A DNA stretch of 64,000 nucleotides. It comes from Octopus sinensis. Its lineage: Eukaryota. Both the position numbers and the translations under genes were made by a program. Below are positions 24,737 through 38,601 of this stretch, piece by piece. Each line of letters starts with the position of its first letter. Positions within the stretch are counted from its first letter, which is position 1. The notes below the pieces were generated by a model. That model saw nothing but the letters and a program-made list of their open reading frames with translations, did not search any database and had not been told where the DNA came from. The DNA lies in NCBI RefSeq assembly GCF_006345805.1, contig NC_043000.1, positions 158,968,001 through 159,032,000 on the forward strand, in the 5' to 3' direction.

Positions 24737-27700
24737 ATGGCAAAGCTGGGTTGTGTGAATGTGCGTGGAATGGGGTCGAAATGGAAACAAATTTGTCTCC
24801 TGAACGACCTCACGACACACGGAGTGGACGTAGCTATTGTAACCGAGTCCAAGATGAACGGGGCCCACGTGTTCCCGCCTCTTCTAAATGGTTTCGAGAA
24901 ATTTATTTTTCCTAGCCGAGGAGGAGGAAGGGGCGTGGCGGTCCTTATCAGGAAGAGCTTGGACTTGCAGGTAAGTACTGTCTTTCTGGACCCAGAAGGC
25001 AGGCTGGTCGATCTGGATGTGACCCACGTAAGTAAACAGTCCTTCAGGTTGGTAGCTGTCTACGCTCCGAATGAGTGTAGGCAGTCGGGGTTTTTTCGGA
25101 ATCTGGAGCACTTTTTAGTGACGTCGAAAACGGTAGTCTTAGTAGGGGACTTTAACACTGTCCTCGAAGCGCGGGTCGACAGTGTTGGCTCAACCAATAG
25201 GAAGGGGGACCCTAGCCTCAAGGGTCTACTAGAGAGCTTTAATCTAGTAGACCGTTATCGACTGGATGAGCCGAGCGTTCCACAGTGGACGTGGAGTAAC
25301 AACGACAGCTCACGCAGATCGTATATAGATAGGATATTCGTTAGGAAAAGAGACAAGGATACGTTTAGTTGTCCACAGTTTCACATTATGCCTTACACGG
25401 ATCACAAATTTGTGACTTGTAGGGTGCAATTAGATAAATGCCATAGACAGGGACCCGGGTACTGGAAGCTGAACAAGTCTATTTTGAATTGTGAAGACTT
25501 CCGTACCCGGATTAAGGTGTTAGTACAGAGGGCATTATGTGGCACCATCATTAACAATAGATGGTGGCACTCCCTCAAAAGAGCCATTCGTTCAGAGTCC
25601 ATTAGATTAGGCAATCAGCTAAGGTTAGATAGGTCTAGGATAGAGGACGATTTAGTTAAGAATCTAAACGAGGCAATGGAATCTGGCTCTGCATCCGGAG
25701 TGATGGCGGCAAGGACGGTATTGTACCGTCACCTTAACTCCAAACACGAAGGTTACAGAGTTAGAGCTAAGCTACGCGCAGGGAAACGAGAAGGTATTAA
25801 CGTTGCCGGATGGGCCCATCGAGTGGAGAGTCAGAGAGGTAACAAAGCTTCAATCAAGTCTTTAACTGACGATCAGGGACACAAGATCTATGGAGAGGAG
25901 GAGATGCAAAAGTTTCTTCACCAGCATTTCGCCCGCGCCTTCGGGGTGGGTGGGTCGCTGGAGCGGGGGAGGGCCTTAAATGACTTCCTAACCGGCGGAC
26001 CGCGGCTCTCGGGGCGTGAGGTGGAGTGCTGTGAAAGAGCGATCACTCTCGCGGAGATAGAGGTGGTAATGGCCGGATGCGCCGGGGAGAAGTCGCCGGG
26101 GTTGGATGGTCTGCCCTACGAGTTTTTCAAAGTATGCCGGACTTGTTCGGGGGAATACTGGCAGGCGTCTACGCGAACTGGCAGCAGAACGGGAGAATTT
26201 CCAGTTCTGTAAGCCGGGGAGTGGTGACGCTAATCCAGAAAGACCCGAGCAAGGGGGATAACATTAGTAATTACAGGCCTATAACTCTACTTAATGTAGA
26301 GTTAAAGATTTTGGCCAAGGTGTTGGCAAAAAGGTTGACGACTGTCTTGGAGAAACTTGTAGGGAAAGCACAGACATGTGCAATTCCAGGCAGGTCGATT
26401 CAGGACAATCTTCACCTTATACGCTACACCTTAGTTAGGGTGGGTAAATTAACCGGCAAGGGCGGGGTAATGGTCCATTTAGACCAAAGTAAAGCGTTCG
26501 ATAGGGTAGACCATAAGTACCTGGCGACGGTCCTCGAAGCGGCTGGACAGGGCCCTGAATTTCGCGGGTGGATCTCCGCTATGTATAGCGGCATCAAGTC
26601 CACCGTCCAGATGAACGGTTACCTAACGGAACCGTTTTCGATCGAATGTTCAGTTCGTCAAGGGTGCCCCTTGTCACCACTTCTGTACGTGTTGACTCTC
26701 GAGCCATTGCTGCGAAAGTTGGAGAGGCTGGGAAGAAACCCGGATGAGATCGGAGGCGGGAGGACGGTTTCTGCTTATGCGGATGACGTCACCCTCATCG
26801 TGTCCAATGAGGCTCAGCTACCTTGTGTAGAAGATGCTATCAGAGGATACGAGGCGGTGGCAGGAGCAAAAGTTAACAAGGACAAGTCGATTGGCTTACG
26901 CCTCGGCACCTGGAGGAGCAAGCCGATATCGTCCAGTGCCGTGGGACACTGGACAGATGGTCCTGTTAAGTTGCTAGGAGTTTGGTTTGGGCCAGACTCC
27001 CAAAAGGAGAGGAATTGGAGTGAGGTGTCGGACAAGGTGGAGGCCATAGTACGGACCTGGTCTGGAAGGTTTCTGTCCTTGAAAGGAAGGGCGGAGGTGG
27101 TACAGATGTTCATTGCATCTGTAATCACTTACCGCCTGACCGTTGTCCCTTGCCCCGATTCATGGCTTAGCAAGTTGGAGCGAATCCTTTTCCGCTTTTT
27201 GTGGAAGGGAGGAAAGCCACTTGTGAGGCGCACCGTTTGCTGCCAGGAACCGTTAAAGGGTGGGTGAGGAATGCCTTGGTTGATGATGCGCAGACATGCG
27301 TTGAGGCTGAAGCATCTCTGGCACCACCTGGAGGGTGATAAGGTGTGGAGCCCGGTGGCAGGAGAATTTTTCCCGAGACCGGCTTCCTTAGTGAATTTTA
27401 AACCCGGTTGCATCAAGAGACGGAATCTGACTTTATGGCAAAAGGAGTGCCGACAGGCACTCACACTGATCGACAAGGCGGAAATACCACCTTGGTATTT
27501 TATAGCAGGCTGGTAGAGGCAAAGAACGACGACGTCCTAGGAGGGGCTCTGGGGTTCGACGAAGACCAGCTTACCAGCCTGTTTAAAAAGACTTTCAGGA
27601 CGGGGTATTTGGATAATTTGCAAAGATCCCTCGCCTGGCAGTGTTATAGGAATGCTTTACCTGTTCGCGAGAAGTTATCGCGGCACGGAATTTCAGTGCC

Positions 27701-28109
27701 ACTGACATGTCCAAGATGCGGGTTGGACGATGAAACCGTCCAGCACGCTTTTGTACACTGTCGGCAGTTGTCAGACTTGATAAGTTACGCAGAACACGTG
27801 TTATCGCATCTGGGACGAGTACAGCTGTCGGCTGAGTCTATGATTAAGATGATACCGCCAACTGGACTCTCGAAGGAAGGTGAGGCATGTTTTCACTGCA
27901 CGGTTGCAGTAGTAAAAGAATGCATGTGGCGTACAAGAATGGAAGGAATCGCAATAGGATCCTTTGTCTCAGGCCCCGGCTTGCTCACTTACTTCAAATA
28001 TCATCTGAAGTGCAAAATGGGGCTGGAAAAGAAGACCTTACCACGAGGTGTGTATGAAAAAAGATGGAAGGAAGTGGCGAAAATGTTGGGTGTCAGAAAC
28101 CCAGTTTAA
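24737..28109 (+). pseudogene. Tx1 ORF2: APE endonuclease, reverse transcriptase and C-terminal CCHC
   Basis: NVRG, VTESK, GDFN, YIDRIF, TDHK (APE); DQSKAFDRVDH, VRQGCPLSP, YADD (RT); CPRCGLDDETVQHAFVHC. Frameshift near 26130, in-frame TGA at 27265, frameshift near 27500. Confidence 0.92.
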
Positions 28110-28379
28110 CTATGGATGGAGAAGGGGAAAGGGAAGCTGCGGGGCCTTATAGGTTGCCGGGGTTTAAAATATATCGGTAAGATTTCAATCTAATGTAATG
28201 TTATATTAGTCAATGCAAAGGACAATTTAAATACAGCTTTTTGTATAATGAATAATCCATATATTTTGGAAATTTTTAAACGAACCACTTAACTGTTTTT
28301 TGTATGTATGTCCTGTATTGTTCTTCTATGTACTGATTTTATAATCATAATAAAGAATTAATCGAAAACCGGTGATTGT

Positions 28380-28424
28380 CGTACGCTGATGACAGGCCAA
28401 AACCTAGAAACTGCAGTCCGTGCG
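28380..28424 (+). ncRNA. type I hammerhead ribozyme motif
   Basis: CGTACG-CTGATGA-CAGG(CCAAAA)CCTA-GAA-ACTGCAGT-C-CGTGCG: 6-bp helix I, canonical core, perfect 8-nt palindromic helix III, GUC site at 28418; C.A mismatch at the base of helix II. Confidence 0.7.
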
Positions 28425-28585
28425 TATCACTTAGGTTGACGAGGAAGGGTGACCTCCCTTTGCAAATACCATAAGGGCACTGAAAGTTTGCCTAAAGCCA
28501 GCTGGAGACGATGTTCTCCTGGGGCTACAAGCTACAGTAACCCCCACCCTTAATTGTTAGTCATATTGAGATGGCAAGTATACCT

Positions 28586-28635
<50 letters not shown>

Positions 28636-28641
28636 ATATAT

Positions 28642-28846
28642 GAAGTTAATCCAAACAAGAAAGTACAAAAAAACACAACAACGCGAGGACGTGGAACAAA
28701 TATAGTATTATTGGACGCTCAGGAAAGAAGGAAAGAAGGAGGGCTTAACGTTTCGAGCGGAGCTCTTCGTCGGAAACATAGGAGAAGGAAAGATCTAGAG
28801 AAGGGAAGACAGAGGAAAAAATCGCCAACTGTACACACGAGGTCAC
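28642..28846 (-). repeat. about 205-bp pLTR-like repeat, copy 2, with C4 hammerhead-like motif at 28743-28777
   Basis: Matches 5176-5380 in reverse complement; the AAAC to AAGC change keeps helix I paired (U.G). Confidence 0.75.
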
Positions 28847-28997
28847 ATTTTGAAAGACCGGAAATATATATATAAATATATATATATACATATAAGAAAA
28901 TGTGTTGCTGAAAATGCACTTAATTTCAAACTAGTTTCAATAATATTTTTTGTTTATCAATGGTAAGAGTGTAAAATTAGAAAAAACATAGTTATGA

Positions 28998-29069
28998 GTT
29001 TCAATGTTGACAAATCAAAATGTTTCAATGTTGACAAACTGAAATGTTTCAATGTTGATAAATTATCAT
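28998..29069. repeat. 24-bp minisatellite, 3 copies
   Basis: gtttcaatgttgacaaatcaaaat / gtttcaatgttgacaaactgaaat / gtttcaatgttgataaattatcat. Confidence 0.85.
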
Positions 29070-29989
29070 GTTCAAAATAGAAGGTGTAAGTTTGAAATTA
29101 AAACTGTATATTAATTTATTAGAATGTACAAGATTCATTGATTGCAGTGGTGGTCGACAAATCATACTGAAAAAATCCAGTGTGAGAATTAAAATAGTAA
29201 AAAAGGGTGGGGGTGGGGGGAATTACAGTTTCTCATATCTTTAAACAGTCGCTTCCGCTTGCAATAGTATGTTTTCAGCGAAAGATGTATTTATAAATTT
29301 CTTTCTGCGAGCAGATCTGATTTTGATTCGTTAAAAAATTGATGACGTTTTTCTTCCGTGGTCAAGCTTGTCGTTCTGCTTGGTTGGTTTCCTTGCAGGA
29401 TACAGTTATAGATCGTTCCGGTTCGTTGGTTCTCTTAAAGGGTATTTTCCTTGTATTCGTTGAAGTTTGGTTTTGATTGGTTTGGAATTATGTGACGTCA
29501 GTGAACAGTGCCAAGTGACAACGTGTGTGATTGTGTGCGTGTGTAACGTGTTTGTGTGGTATTAACAGTTGATGTGTGCTTCTTCACGAGGTGTATGCAT
29601 ATTTGTGTGTGTGTAACCAAATAGTGTGCATGTATATGGTGTATATATGTGGGCAAAAGTTAAATTGGTCTATTTATGCTGCGTGTGTTAATGCGTGTTG
29701 TGTATGTATGCACATATAGCCTATCTTCAGGTATTATATGCTTATGTGGGTGCCGGAGTATATATTGTCTGTGTTCAGATTTTATGTGCAAGTGTGGGTG
29801 TGTGAGTGGGGATGATGTTAATGTGTGGTGTGTGTATTGAGTTCAGCCGTGTGTGTGACTGCTCAGATAGTGGTATGTGTGGTGATGTTACTGAATATTG
29901 TGTGTGGGTATGTGGATGATAGCGTGTGGTGTGGCTGCTGGGAAGTGGTCAGTGCTAATGTGTGTGGAGTGGTGTGGAGATGGTATCAA

Positions 29990-31290
29990 ATAAAGAGAGG
30001 AGGTGATGTTGCTAGCAGATGAAGATAGGAAGCGAGCGGAGCCCATGTCGTACAAAGGAGCGAAGAGAGAAGCTTAATTCCAGTTCACGGCGAAGGCAGG
30101 AGTCCAGATGACCCCTGTGCAAAGACAGTCCGAACACAGACAGATGTCGTAGTGAATGACCGGGAGAGCGGAAATCGTGCGAGACCGGGGTGTCATTGCC
30201 GAGTCCGATGCCTCGGAGTTGCTCCGCGAACCGGTCAGAGAGAGCAGGAGAAGTATTGAATTATGTTACTAGAAGTTCGAATAAAGGAGTCGGTGATATG
30301 ATAGGGACGAAGATGGGTGATTGTGAGGATGATGGTGTTGGAGAGGTAGGGACAAGTGCGGCAGGGTGGGCAGGATTATGGGAACGAGCCAGGCTGGGAG
30401 GTGGGTATAGGGAAAACACTATGGATCAGGAGGTCACGCAGCTTATAAGCTCATTTCAATGAGGGAAAGGGATGTTTGGGGAAGATGTATGAGGTGGAAG
30501 GGTCGAGCCCGAGTCGCCGGAAGGCTCAGAGAATGGTTCATTAGAAGAGCATGGTTGAGGAGTTGTACATAAGGGAAATCTGGAGACAGACAGCAGCTGC
30601 GCGGGTACGAGGAAAAAGAGCAGAGACACGGTCCAGAGATCGTGCTCTGACAAGGGAGGTGTATATAGTGGTGAGAGTATATCCACGTAGGATGAAGTGG
30701 CGATCCATGAGTTGTGACTGAGTCTCAGAATCATGGTTGTCACTGCAGAGCCTGCGCAGACGGAGAAATTTGGAGTAGGGGATGGAGAGCTTTGTGTGAG
30801 TAGGAGTATGATTCGGTGAGTTTGTAGTGGATGGATGTAGTGAGAGTGGTGTATTCTGACAGAAATGTCGAGAAATTCAATGCAAGTGTAGATATAGTGC
30901 AGGAGAATTCGAGGGCAGACTGGAAGGATTGGACAAAAGAGAGGAAGGTGTTTAGTTGTTCGCGGGAGAGTGAGGTCGCACCGATACAGTCATCGATATA
31001 AAGACCGTATATTTCGGGAATAGGACCAATGAACTCTGAGAATATTTGGGCCTCAAAAGCCAACGAACGGTTTCGCATAGTTCCCATGGCCACCCCCGAG
31101 ACTGTTGGTAAAAATCCTCTTCGAACGAGAAGCAGTTGAAGGAGAGAACAAGTTCGGCCAGACGAAGGAGTGTAGAGGTGTGAGGTTTGAGGTCAGGTCG
31201 AAGGTCCAGAAAGTGTTTCAGCGTAAGAAGTCCTTCGTTGTGTAGGATCGCCGTATACAAACTCCTGATATCAAGAGTGAACAGAAATTT
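29990..31290 (-). mobile_element. 5'-truncated, decayed Penelope-like element (RT plus GIY-YIG)
   Basis: IKSLYTAILHNEGLLTLKHFLD, VAMGT, YIDDCIGATSLSREQL; C-terminal DRFAEQLR...PVSHDFRSPGHSLRHLSVFGL typical of PLE GIY-YIG endonucleases. Confidence 0.85.
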
Positions 31291-33849
31291 AGAGGGGACA
31301 GATTTATATACACGTGTATATATACTTATGTATAAATGTGTATGTGTTATCCTTTCTCCCTCTCATACTCTTACATGCGTGTGCCCACAGCATACACTGA
31401 AGTCAACGTTAAGGTGAATTACATTTCTAAATTCTTTGTTAGACCCTCTTGTGTTCACGTTGTCAGTTACGATTCTTTTGGCGAAGAATCCATCTAAATC
31501 CAACTGGATGTGCTAGTAGAAGAATAAATACCAGACTTAAAATAAAATACATAAAGTGGTTCGATCTGTCAGACTACACCCGTCAAGGCTTGCCTCAGTA
31601 TAGTCCCAGTCCAATCAGTGAAAGAAGTAAAAGATAAAAGACTAGTGAGTATCGTTCTGATTCTCCTGTTGTTATTGACAGGTGAGTGTTCCACCAAATA
31701 TTTCTCTACAAACTGCACATGTGATCTACTAATGAAAAATGTTTGTGTGGCACATTAGCTCCTTCTCTCTATTAAGTCGACATAACGTGTACAGGTGCTC
31801 GGCGTGTTGTACGTAGAATTCGAAGTGATCGCAAACCATAGCGCTTTGCTCAAGAACAACGACACACCAACCGATCCGAGTACCCAACTGCGTACCCCCA
31901 AATACACACAGACACACACATACATACACATACATGTCTGTGCGTGTATGTATGTATATAATTATCTGTCTAGCATATATTCGAATATATGCTGGGAACA
32001 CCGCTTCTATGCATAGTTCCTTAATTACACGATTGTGGTGAAGCCTTAGCATTTACGTTAAAAACTACTCACATTTTCTATTAAACGTTATTCATTTTTT
32101 TTCTTGCACCGAGTTTAGAACAACAAAGTCCCTACATCCATATTAGACGCTTCTAAACTAGTACAGTCGTATTTTCAAAACTGAAATGGCCTTGGCGTCT
32201 TTGTTGCTATTTTCTTTCATTCTGGCTGAATCCATGTACATTTTTCTACCTCTGCAACACCAAAAACAAAATGAATAGACACATGACAGCCGACTCAGAC
32301 ACAAAACGGTCGAAGTCCTCTACCGAAAAATTTTATAGGAATTCAACCTTTATATAAGAAATAATGCAGACGCCAAATCCATTACAAATTCGCTAAAAGA
32401 GACTTACGAATGTTTGGAAAAGTCGAATATGAATTTAGGAAATTTATTGATCTAAATTATCTAAAATAAGTAATAAAGAAATACAAAGAATGTTAAATAA
32501 AAGAACAATTTAAATACAATATTTAATGAAGCACATATGCACACACACACACCTGCACACGCACATGCATTTGTATGTATATGTACATATATATCTATAT
32601 GTAGGTATATATGTGTGTTTGTGTATCTGTGAGTGCGTGCATATATGTGTATATATATATACACAAAGACACCTCACACGCTCACACATAAACACACACA
32701 CTAACACACACATATTTATATATATGATACAAATATATATATGCATCTGCGCATACCTGTAGATGCATACGCATACACACGCACGCACACACACGTGTAC
32801 CGTTCTTGGGGGGGCTTCAACCGAGATGCCTTTCACCACTAACAGGTAGGAATCACACTCTTTCTCTGTCATTCTTTCTCCCTTTCTTCTTCTCTCTCAT
32901 TCACACATGCACACACAAATTTAATTTTGTGTACCTCTGCTAATAATATCGAAGAAGTTAGTATACATTGGTCTCTAAAAGAAGGGCAATGGTCATGGCC
33001 TGTGCAGACCGTTCAGTACAGATGATATTGAAGCAGTTTACCCACTGCAGAATATATAGGCTACGTTTTTGGTCGAATCCTTTATTGCTATACTTTGAAC
33101 GATGCCGCATGTCATTATGTGTCTAACAACATTACCAGACATGTGCGGTGAAACGTTTTGAGAGATGTAAAGCCTTCAGCTGCATTCTGTTCATGTTTTA
33201 AGGGTGATTATGTCTCCTTGATATAAGCAATCATTTGTATAATACGAGATATCTACGAATAGTCAAGCGTTTAACGAGCTTCGGATTATTGTGTGGTAAC
33301 TGGATGTATGTTGAGTAATCGTTAATGAAGCAATGGTTGGGCGCAAATATAGGTACAATGACAGTTATAGTGTACTGGAGTTTGTGTTTGTATGTAAAAT
33401 GAAAGTGATTGGGCTCTTTGGAATTCTGGTCTTATGTGCATGTATTAGATAAAGCAAGTTGATGTAGGGAGTTGAGAATCGCAGATATCAGAAAGAGATG
33501 AGTATAAAGCCCATGAGTAGGTGTAAGAGTTGGCATCATTAACGTTCATAGGATTGTGCTGAGACAAGTGTAATGCAATATTTTGGTAACCTATTTTCTT
33601 TATTCGTCAAGGTACAAGAAAAGTAGCCTAGCATTCAATGAAGAAGCCATCGTGTTGTATCATCTGAAACTTCTTTCTGCTAGTTCTTTGATCCCATGCG
33701 GATACCATTTCTTTTCCTTCTAAATATTTCACCTCCTCTTGATTCATGAAGAATCGCGAGCGCAGGAAGGGAATCGTTTTTCGAAACAAATAATAATCTG
33801 AAGCATATATCTTTGAACAAGCCTAACATGTATAAGCGGCTGGAGCAGA

Positions 33850-34215
33850 CGTATGCTGATGTGCGGCAAAATAACTGGCATTGATTAACAGAAAGATTGG
33901 CCTACAACAGCAAGACAACGCCAGACTTCATATCACTGGAACAGCTTAGAATAAACTGCACACTAAGCATATAGTCCAGAGCTAGCTCCATCGGATTATT
34001 ACTTGTTACAATTCATGGCTCTCTTCCAGCGCTCGAGCAACTTCATTAACGAAAATGAGGTGACAGTTTCAGAAGAGCTCTTCACCTCGAAGGATAAGAA
34101 CTGGTATCAGCATGGAATCAAAGAACTAGCAAAAAGTTGGCTTCAGACGGTGCAACACGATTCCCTCTACTATGCATGCTAGGCTGCTTTTGCTGTAACT
34201 TGACGAATAAAGCAT
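33850..34215 (+). pseudogene. mariner transposase C-terminal fragment
   Basis: QQDNARLH and AYSPELAPSDYYL...KDKNWYQHGIKELAKSWLQTVQHD. Confidence 0.7.
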
Positions 34216-35203
34216 ATAAGTAACCAAAATAAAACAAAAACTCATGACTTCATACAATAGTTAAAGATGTTCAGAAGCACGATGAAAAGGAAATTTAAAA
34301 AAAAAACTGGGGATTTGGAGGAAAAGGAGAGATCATTTACCAGCCGGTTTAGTAGTGAAGTTCGTTAATTTGGGGAAGTGAAGATATTGCCCATGCGTTC
34401 AAACCTCACGTGAAGTCCCATCCATTTGCCTTGTCAGAATATCTGCAACAGATCAAATCTTAGCTAAAGACACCCTTGGACCAGATGAATGTTCCAAATA
34501 CAATATGCATGCAGAGAAATGAATGAAGCTACGCTACATCATTCATACCAGATGAACATTACTTTAATTCAAACTGAAAGACCAGAAGTCTAGTAACGTA
34601 TATATCTGTGCGTGCTTGTGTGAACATGTTTGAATGCGAATGTTTATGCAGCTATGTTTATTAATGTGTGTATGATGTATTGCAATGTAACACATTACAT
34701 AAAGTACACACACACATAAGTGCGTATAAATTAGAAATTCTTGGCTTATATAAGTATATTTACATCTTTGAAAATATGTCACACACGGACATAGACACGC
34801 AGACATGAAATATATTATATTAAAGCACAACAAAACGACAATTGATAATTCATAGTGACACATACCAGACGTATTTTCATTGAAAGCTGCATAAATAAAA
34901 AATGCAGTTCACAGATATACACACTCATATACACGCAATCATGCGTACATATCTACACCGGCAATCTCACACAGATACATGCATGTGCACGCACACAATT
35001 TAGTGATATGTATATACATATATGTTCCTGTGTGAGACAGAGAGAGATTTAAGACAATGGGCAATTATCCAGAGTTAATCACTAAAACATACAGATATGA
35101 CAGGTTTTAAGGCAATCATATAAACAAAAGTCTAGATGGAATGCGATAGGAATATTGAAAAATAAGTTGACAAACTGCCATACCGATAACTATGTGGAAA
35201 ATT

Positions 35204-35305
<102 letters not shown>

Positions 35306-35728
35306 CTGCTCGATAGTTAACTTGAAAGAATCTCAATCTGTTAGCAGGTCATGCTAGATGACTTCTTTGAAGTTGGATGTTTGTGTAATGGATAGACAAA
35401 TTTAAAGAGATTCCCACACTAATATTCAAAATCTTATTATATTAGGGATTCTTACGTCGAGAGATGAAGTGGAATAACAGCAATATATATTTTGAGACGC
35501 CATATCAATATTAAAATCCAACTGCTTAGGGCTCTTACTTGCTTTATCGTGCGTTGCTCATTATTTTGCTGAGAAGAATGAATACAATTGTTAGGTGCTC
35601 TGGTATATCTTTCTCCGAAAATCTTGCCAGCCATTTAACTCTACCAGGAACCAAGCTCTTAGCTGTATCTCCAAGAACTGTCAGCACATGGAAGTGCGCC
35701 ACCTGCAAGGCAACGGTTCTGGTAAACC

Positions 35729-35963
35729 TATTTCTTTACTACCCACAAGGGGCTAAACACAGAGTGGACAAACAAGGAGAGACAAACGGATTAAGTCGAT
35801 TATATCGACCCCAGTGCGTAACTGGTACTTATTTAATCGACCCCGAAAGGATGAAAGGCAAAGTCGACCTCGGCGGAATTTGAACTAAGAACGTAACGGC
35901 AGACGAAATACCGCGAAGTATTTCGCCCGGCCTGCTAAGTTTCTGCCAGCTCGTCGCCTTAAC
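35729..35963 (-). mobile_element. SINE family A: head plus one unit, with 15-bp TSD
   Basis: CGGTTCTGGTAAACC at 35714-35728 and 35964-35978. Confidence 0.85.
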
Positions 35964-36589
35964 CGGTTCTGGTAAACCGGTTAAGCCAGACTGACTGTGA
36001 AGATCTGTATCGGCTTATCATTACACACTTGTGAAGCCTGACCAATGTGGAATCTACCGGGGGAAAAACAAACTACCAATTTCCAACGGGCAAGGAGACG
36101 ATAAACAGTCACGACGTTGCAGAAGCCTATTTCAATGGATGGCGAGACACGATAATTACTCTGATTAATACGCTTTTGGTCCCCTTGGACCGCCTTGATA
36201 CTGGTCTAGGAAATTAGAGATGATACTTTGTAATTCACTGTAATTCAAGATCAATGTAAAGCAAAACAGGAACTTTTTCAAACCCCAGACCGACGATGGA
36301 CCTTTCGGTACTGCATTATGATATCACACACAGTTGCACCAATGAAATGTCGCTACTTCATTAATTTCATGCGTCATATATATTGGAATCACTCCCAAAT
36401 GTCTGGTCACCTGCGCAGCCGCAGCCTCCATTTTTGGAGTTTTGGTCCAGTACATCAATTACGGACAAACCGTAATTTTTGCTCGGTAGACATTACGCAA
36501 TAAATTATCGCTTCACAATATTTTCGTGTACATTGCGACCAAGAGATCAAATAAAAATTTTGGCGAAGTCTGCAATGAAACTTTATAAG

Positions 36590-36601
36590 AAAAAAAAAAA
36601 A

Positions 36602-36637
<36 letters not shown>

Positions 36638-36649
36638 TAATAATAATAA

Positions 36650-36680
<31 letters not shown>

Positions 36681-36703
36681 AAGAAGAAGAAGAAGAAGAA
36701 GAA
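36590..36703. repeat. compound (A)n(AAT)n(AAG)n microsatellite
   Basis: Direct reading. Confidence 0.9.
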
Positions 36704-37049
36704 TTGTTTTAAAATTTGTGTTTACTTAGATTTTACGTAGAATAAGAGTAGTTCTCGTGAGCACGATTTTGAATATTTACCATTTTGAGGATTCCTGATA
36801 TCTGAGCTAGATAGGAATTGGTACCTTTTGCTATCATTCCCAGAGCATCTATGACAACATGTATTACTTTAGTGTTGAGGTTCCACATTTTGCCAATTTC
36901 TATTTCAAGATCTTTTTATTTGCTCCGTTTTTGGTATGTCATGATAGATATATTTATGCCGATTAGGCTCAGATATCCATAAAACACGAACAGGAAAGAT
37001 AATTCTTTCAGACATTAAGGAAGCTGATAAATACAAACAAGAAGTCATA

Positions 37050-37765
37050 GCACCTAACTACGAAGAAAAGAAAAAAACAACAAAAGCTGCAAAGCAACTG
37101 AAATCCAAACTAAAACTGGAACAGCAACGCATCAGGATAAAACGATGGCAAGGAAAGCCGCTTCATGGCAAATGTTGGGTTACACTAAACAGATAACAAA
37201 TAGATAAAGCAAAATCCCGACAATGGCTGAGAAGGTCAGGAATCAAAACAGAGCCTGAAGTATTTTTAATAGCAGCAAAAGATAAAGCAAAGATCAGACA
37301 TGTAATGAAAGGAACTACAAGTAACTGCAAAATATGTGGAGATGGAGAAGGTCCCAACTCTGTCGTGGAAGCTATGCCAATACTATAGAATAACAACAGT
37401 TGCAGAAAATGAGAAAGCAACTGTACTCTGAGATATGCCAATACAAATAGATAGAGAAATTGAGGCCAATAGGCCGGATATACTCGTCAGCGATCACCAA
37501 GGAAAACATGCTTTCTGATCGATCTATCAACACCAACGGATGACAACGTTTCTCAAATAGGAACGGAGAAACTTTCAAAATACAAATTTCTGGAAATAGA
37601 GGTAACTCGAACATGGAGTCTACAAAAGGAAACAATTCCTATCATAGTAGGCGCATTAGGTATGATAAATATAAACATTCAGACAAATACATAGCAAAGA
37701 CACCAGGATTTACAAGTATATATATATCACACGGAAAATATCACTACTAGGCACTACACACGCAT
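37050..37765 (+). pseudogene. R4/Dong-clade non-LTR retrotransposon 3' fragment (restriction-like endonuclease)
   Basis: RWQGKPLHGK, NCKICG, NRPDILV, EKLSKYKFLEIEVTRTW, IPIIVGALGMI; stops and an internal deletion. Confidence 0.8.
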
Positions 37766-38154
37766 TCAGTCGGTAAAGTACATAAACAGTACACTCACAC
37801 ACGCAAATAAAGTTGTACAAATACACACATGCATACATATTTACCTATACAGTACACTAACTTATACAATTCATGTATTCATATACTTACATATGCAATA
37901 AGTTCATATATCAGTATGTGTTTATTAATGGCAGACATAAACATATTGTTTCCACTTTTCCTATTAAATAGGTTTGCACCAGTTTTGAATATATCGTCTA
38001 GCATTAAATTTATTTTGCAGTGATGGACTCATAAACTATAAGAGGAGGCGTGTAAAATTTTAAAAATTTGATTGCATTACAATATATTAATGTTGCGTAT
38101 GACGAACATTGTGACAGTGTATTTTTACTGACATGAAACACTGCAATTTGTGGG

Positions 38155-38268
<114 letters not shown>

Positions 38269-38601
38269 TATATATGTATATATATGTATATATATATAAA
38301 GAGACAGAGTTGGTGTGAGTGGGAAAGAGATGGCAATGCACACATTGAAACAAGTATATATGCATGTATGTACATATATATGTATACATATTTATGTATT
38401 ATATCATCCTGAAGCTGAGACGATAAGACGTGTTTTTACTCCTCTCTGCGCCGGTCAGCAGCAAGCTTCACAGCTACATTCGTCGTAACTGACCATCACA
38501 TATGTTCCTGTATATTTGAAACCACGCTTTTTCCCAACTCGTGAGTAGACTTTTCCTTAACCACAAACTATTTTCATAATTTTCAAACGACCAAATATTT
38601 T

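Larger units (their letters stand above)
23038..28360 (+). mobile_element. near-full-length Tx1/L1-clade non-LTR retrotransposon
   Basis: 14-bp direct repeat ATCGAAAACCGGTG at 23024-23037 and 28361-28374; ORF1 then ORF2 (APE, RT, C-terminal zinc motif); AATAAA at 28349-28354. Confidence 0.92.

Noticed and set aside
27262-27273. In-frame TGA in Tx1 ORF2 as possible selenocysteine or read-through
   Set aside because: It falls in GG*GMP where GGLG is the usual motif (one base from TTA), the ORF also has frameshifts, and no SECIS is evident.
28436-28480. TTGACGA plus a hairpin as a second hammerhead after the Tx1
   Set aside because: The hairpin is followed by GCAAA, not GAAA, and there is no cleavage triplet with a helix I.
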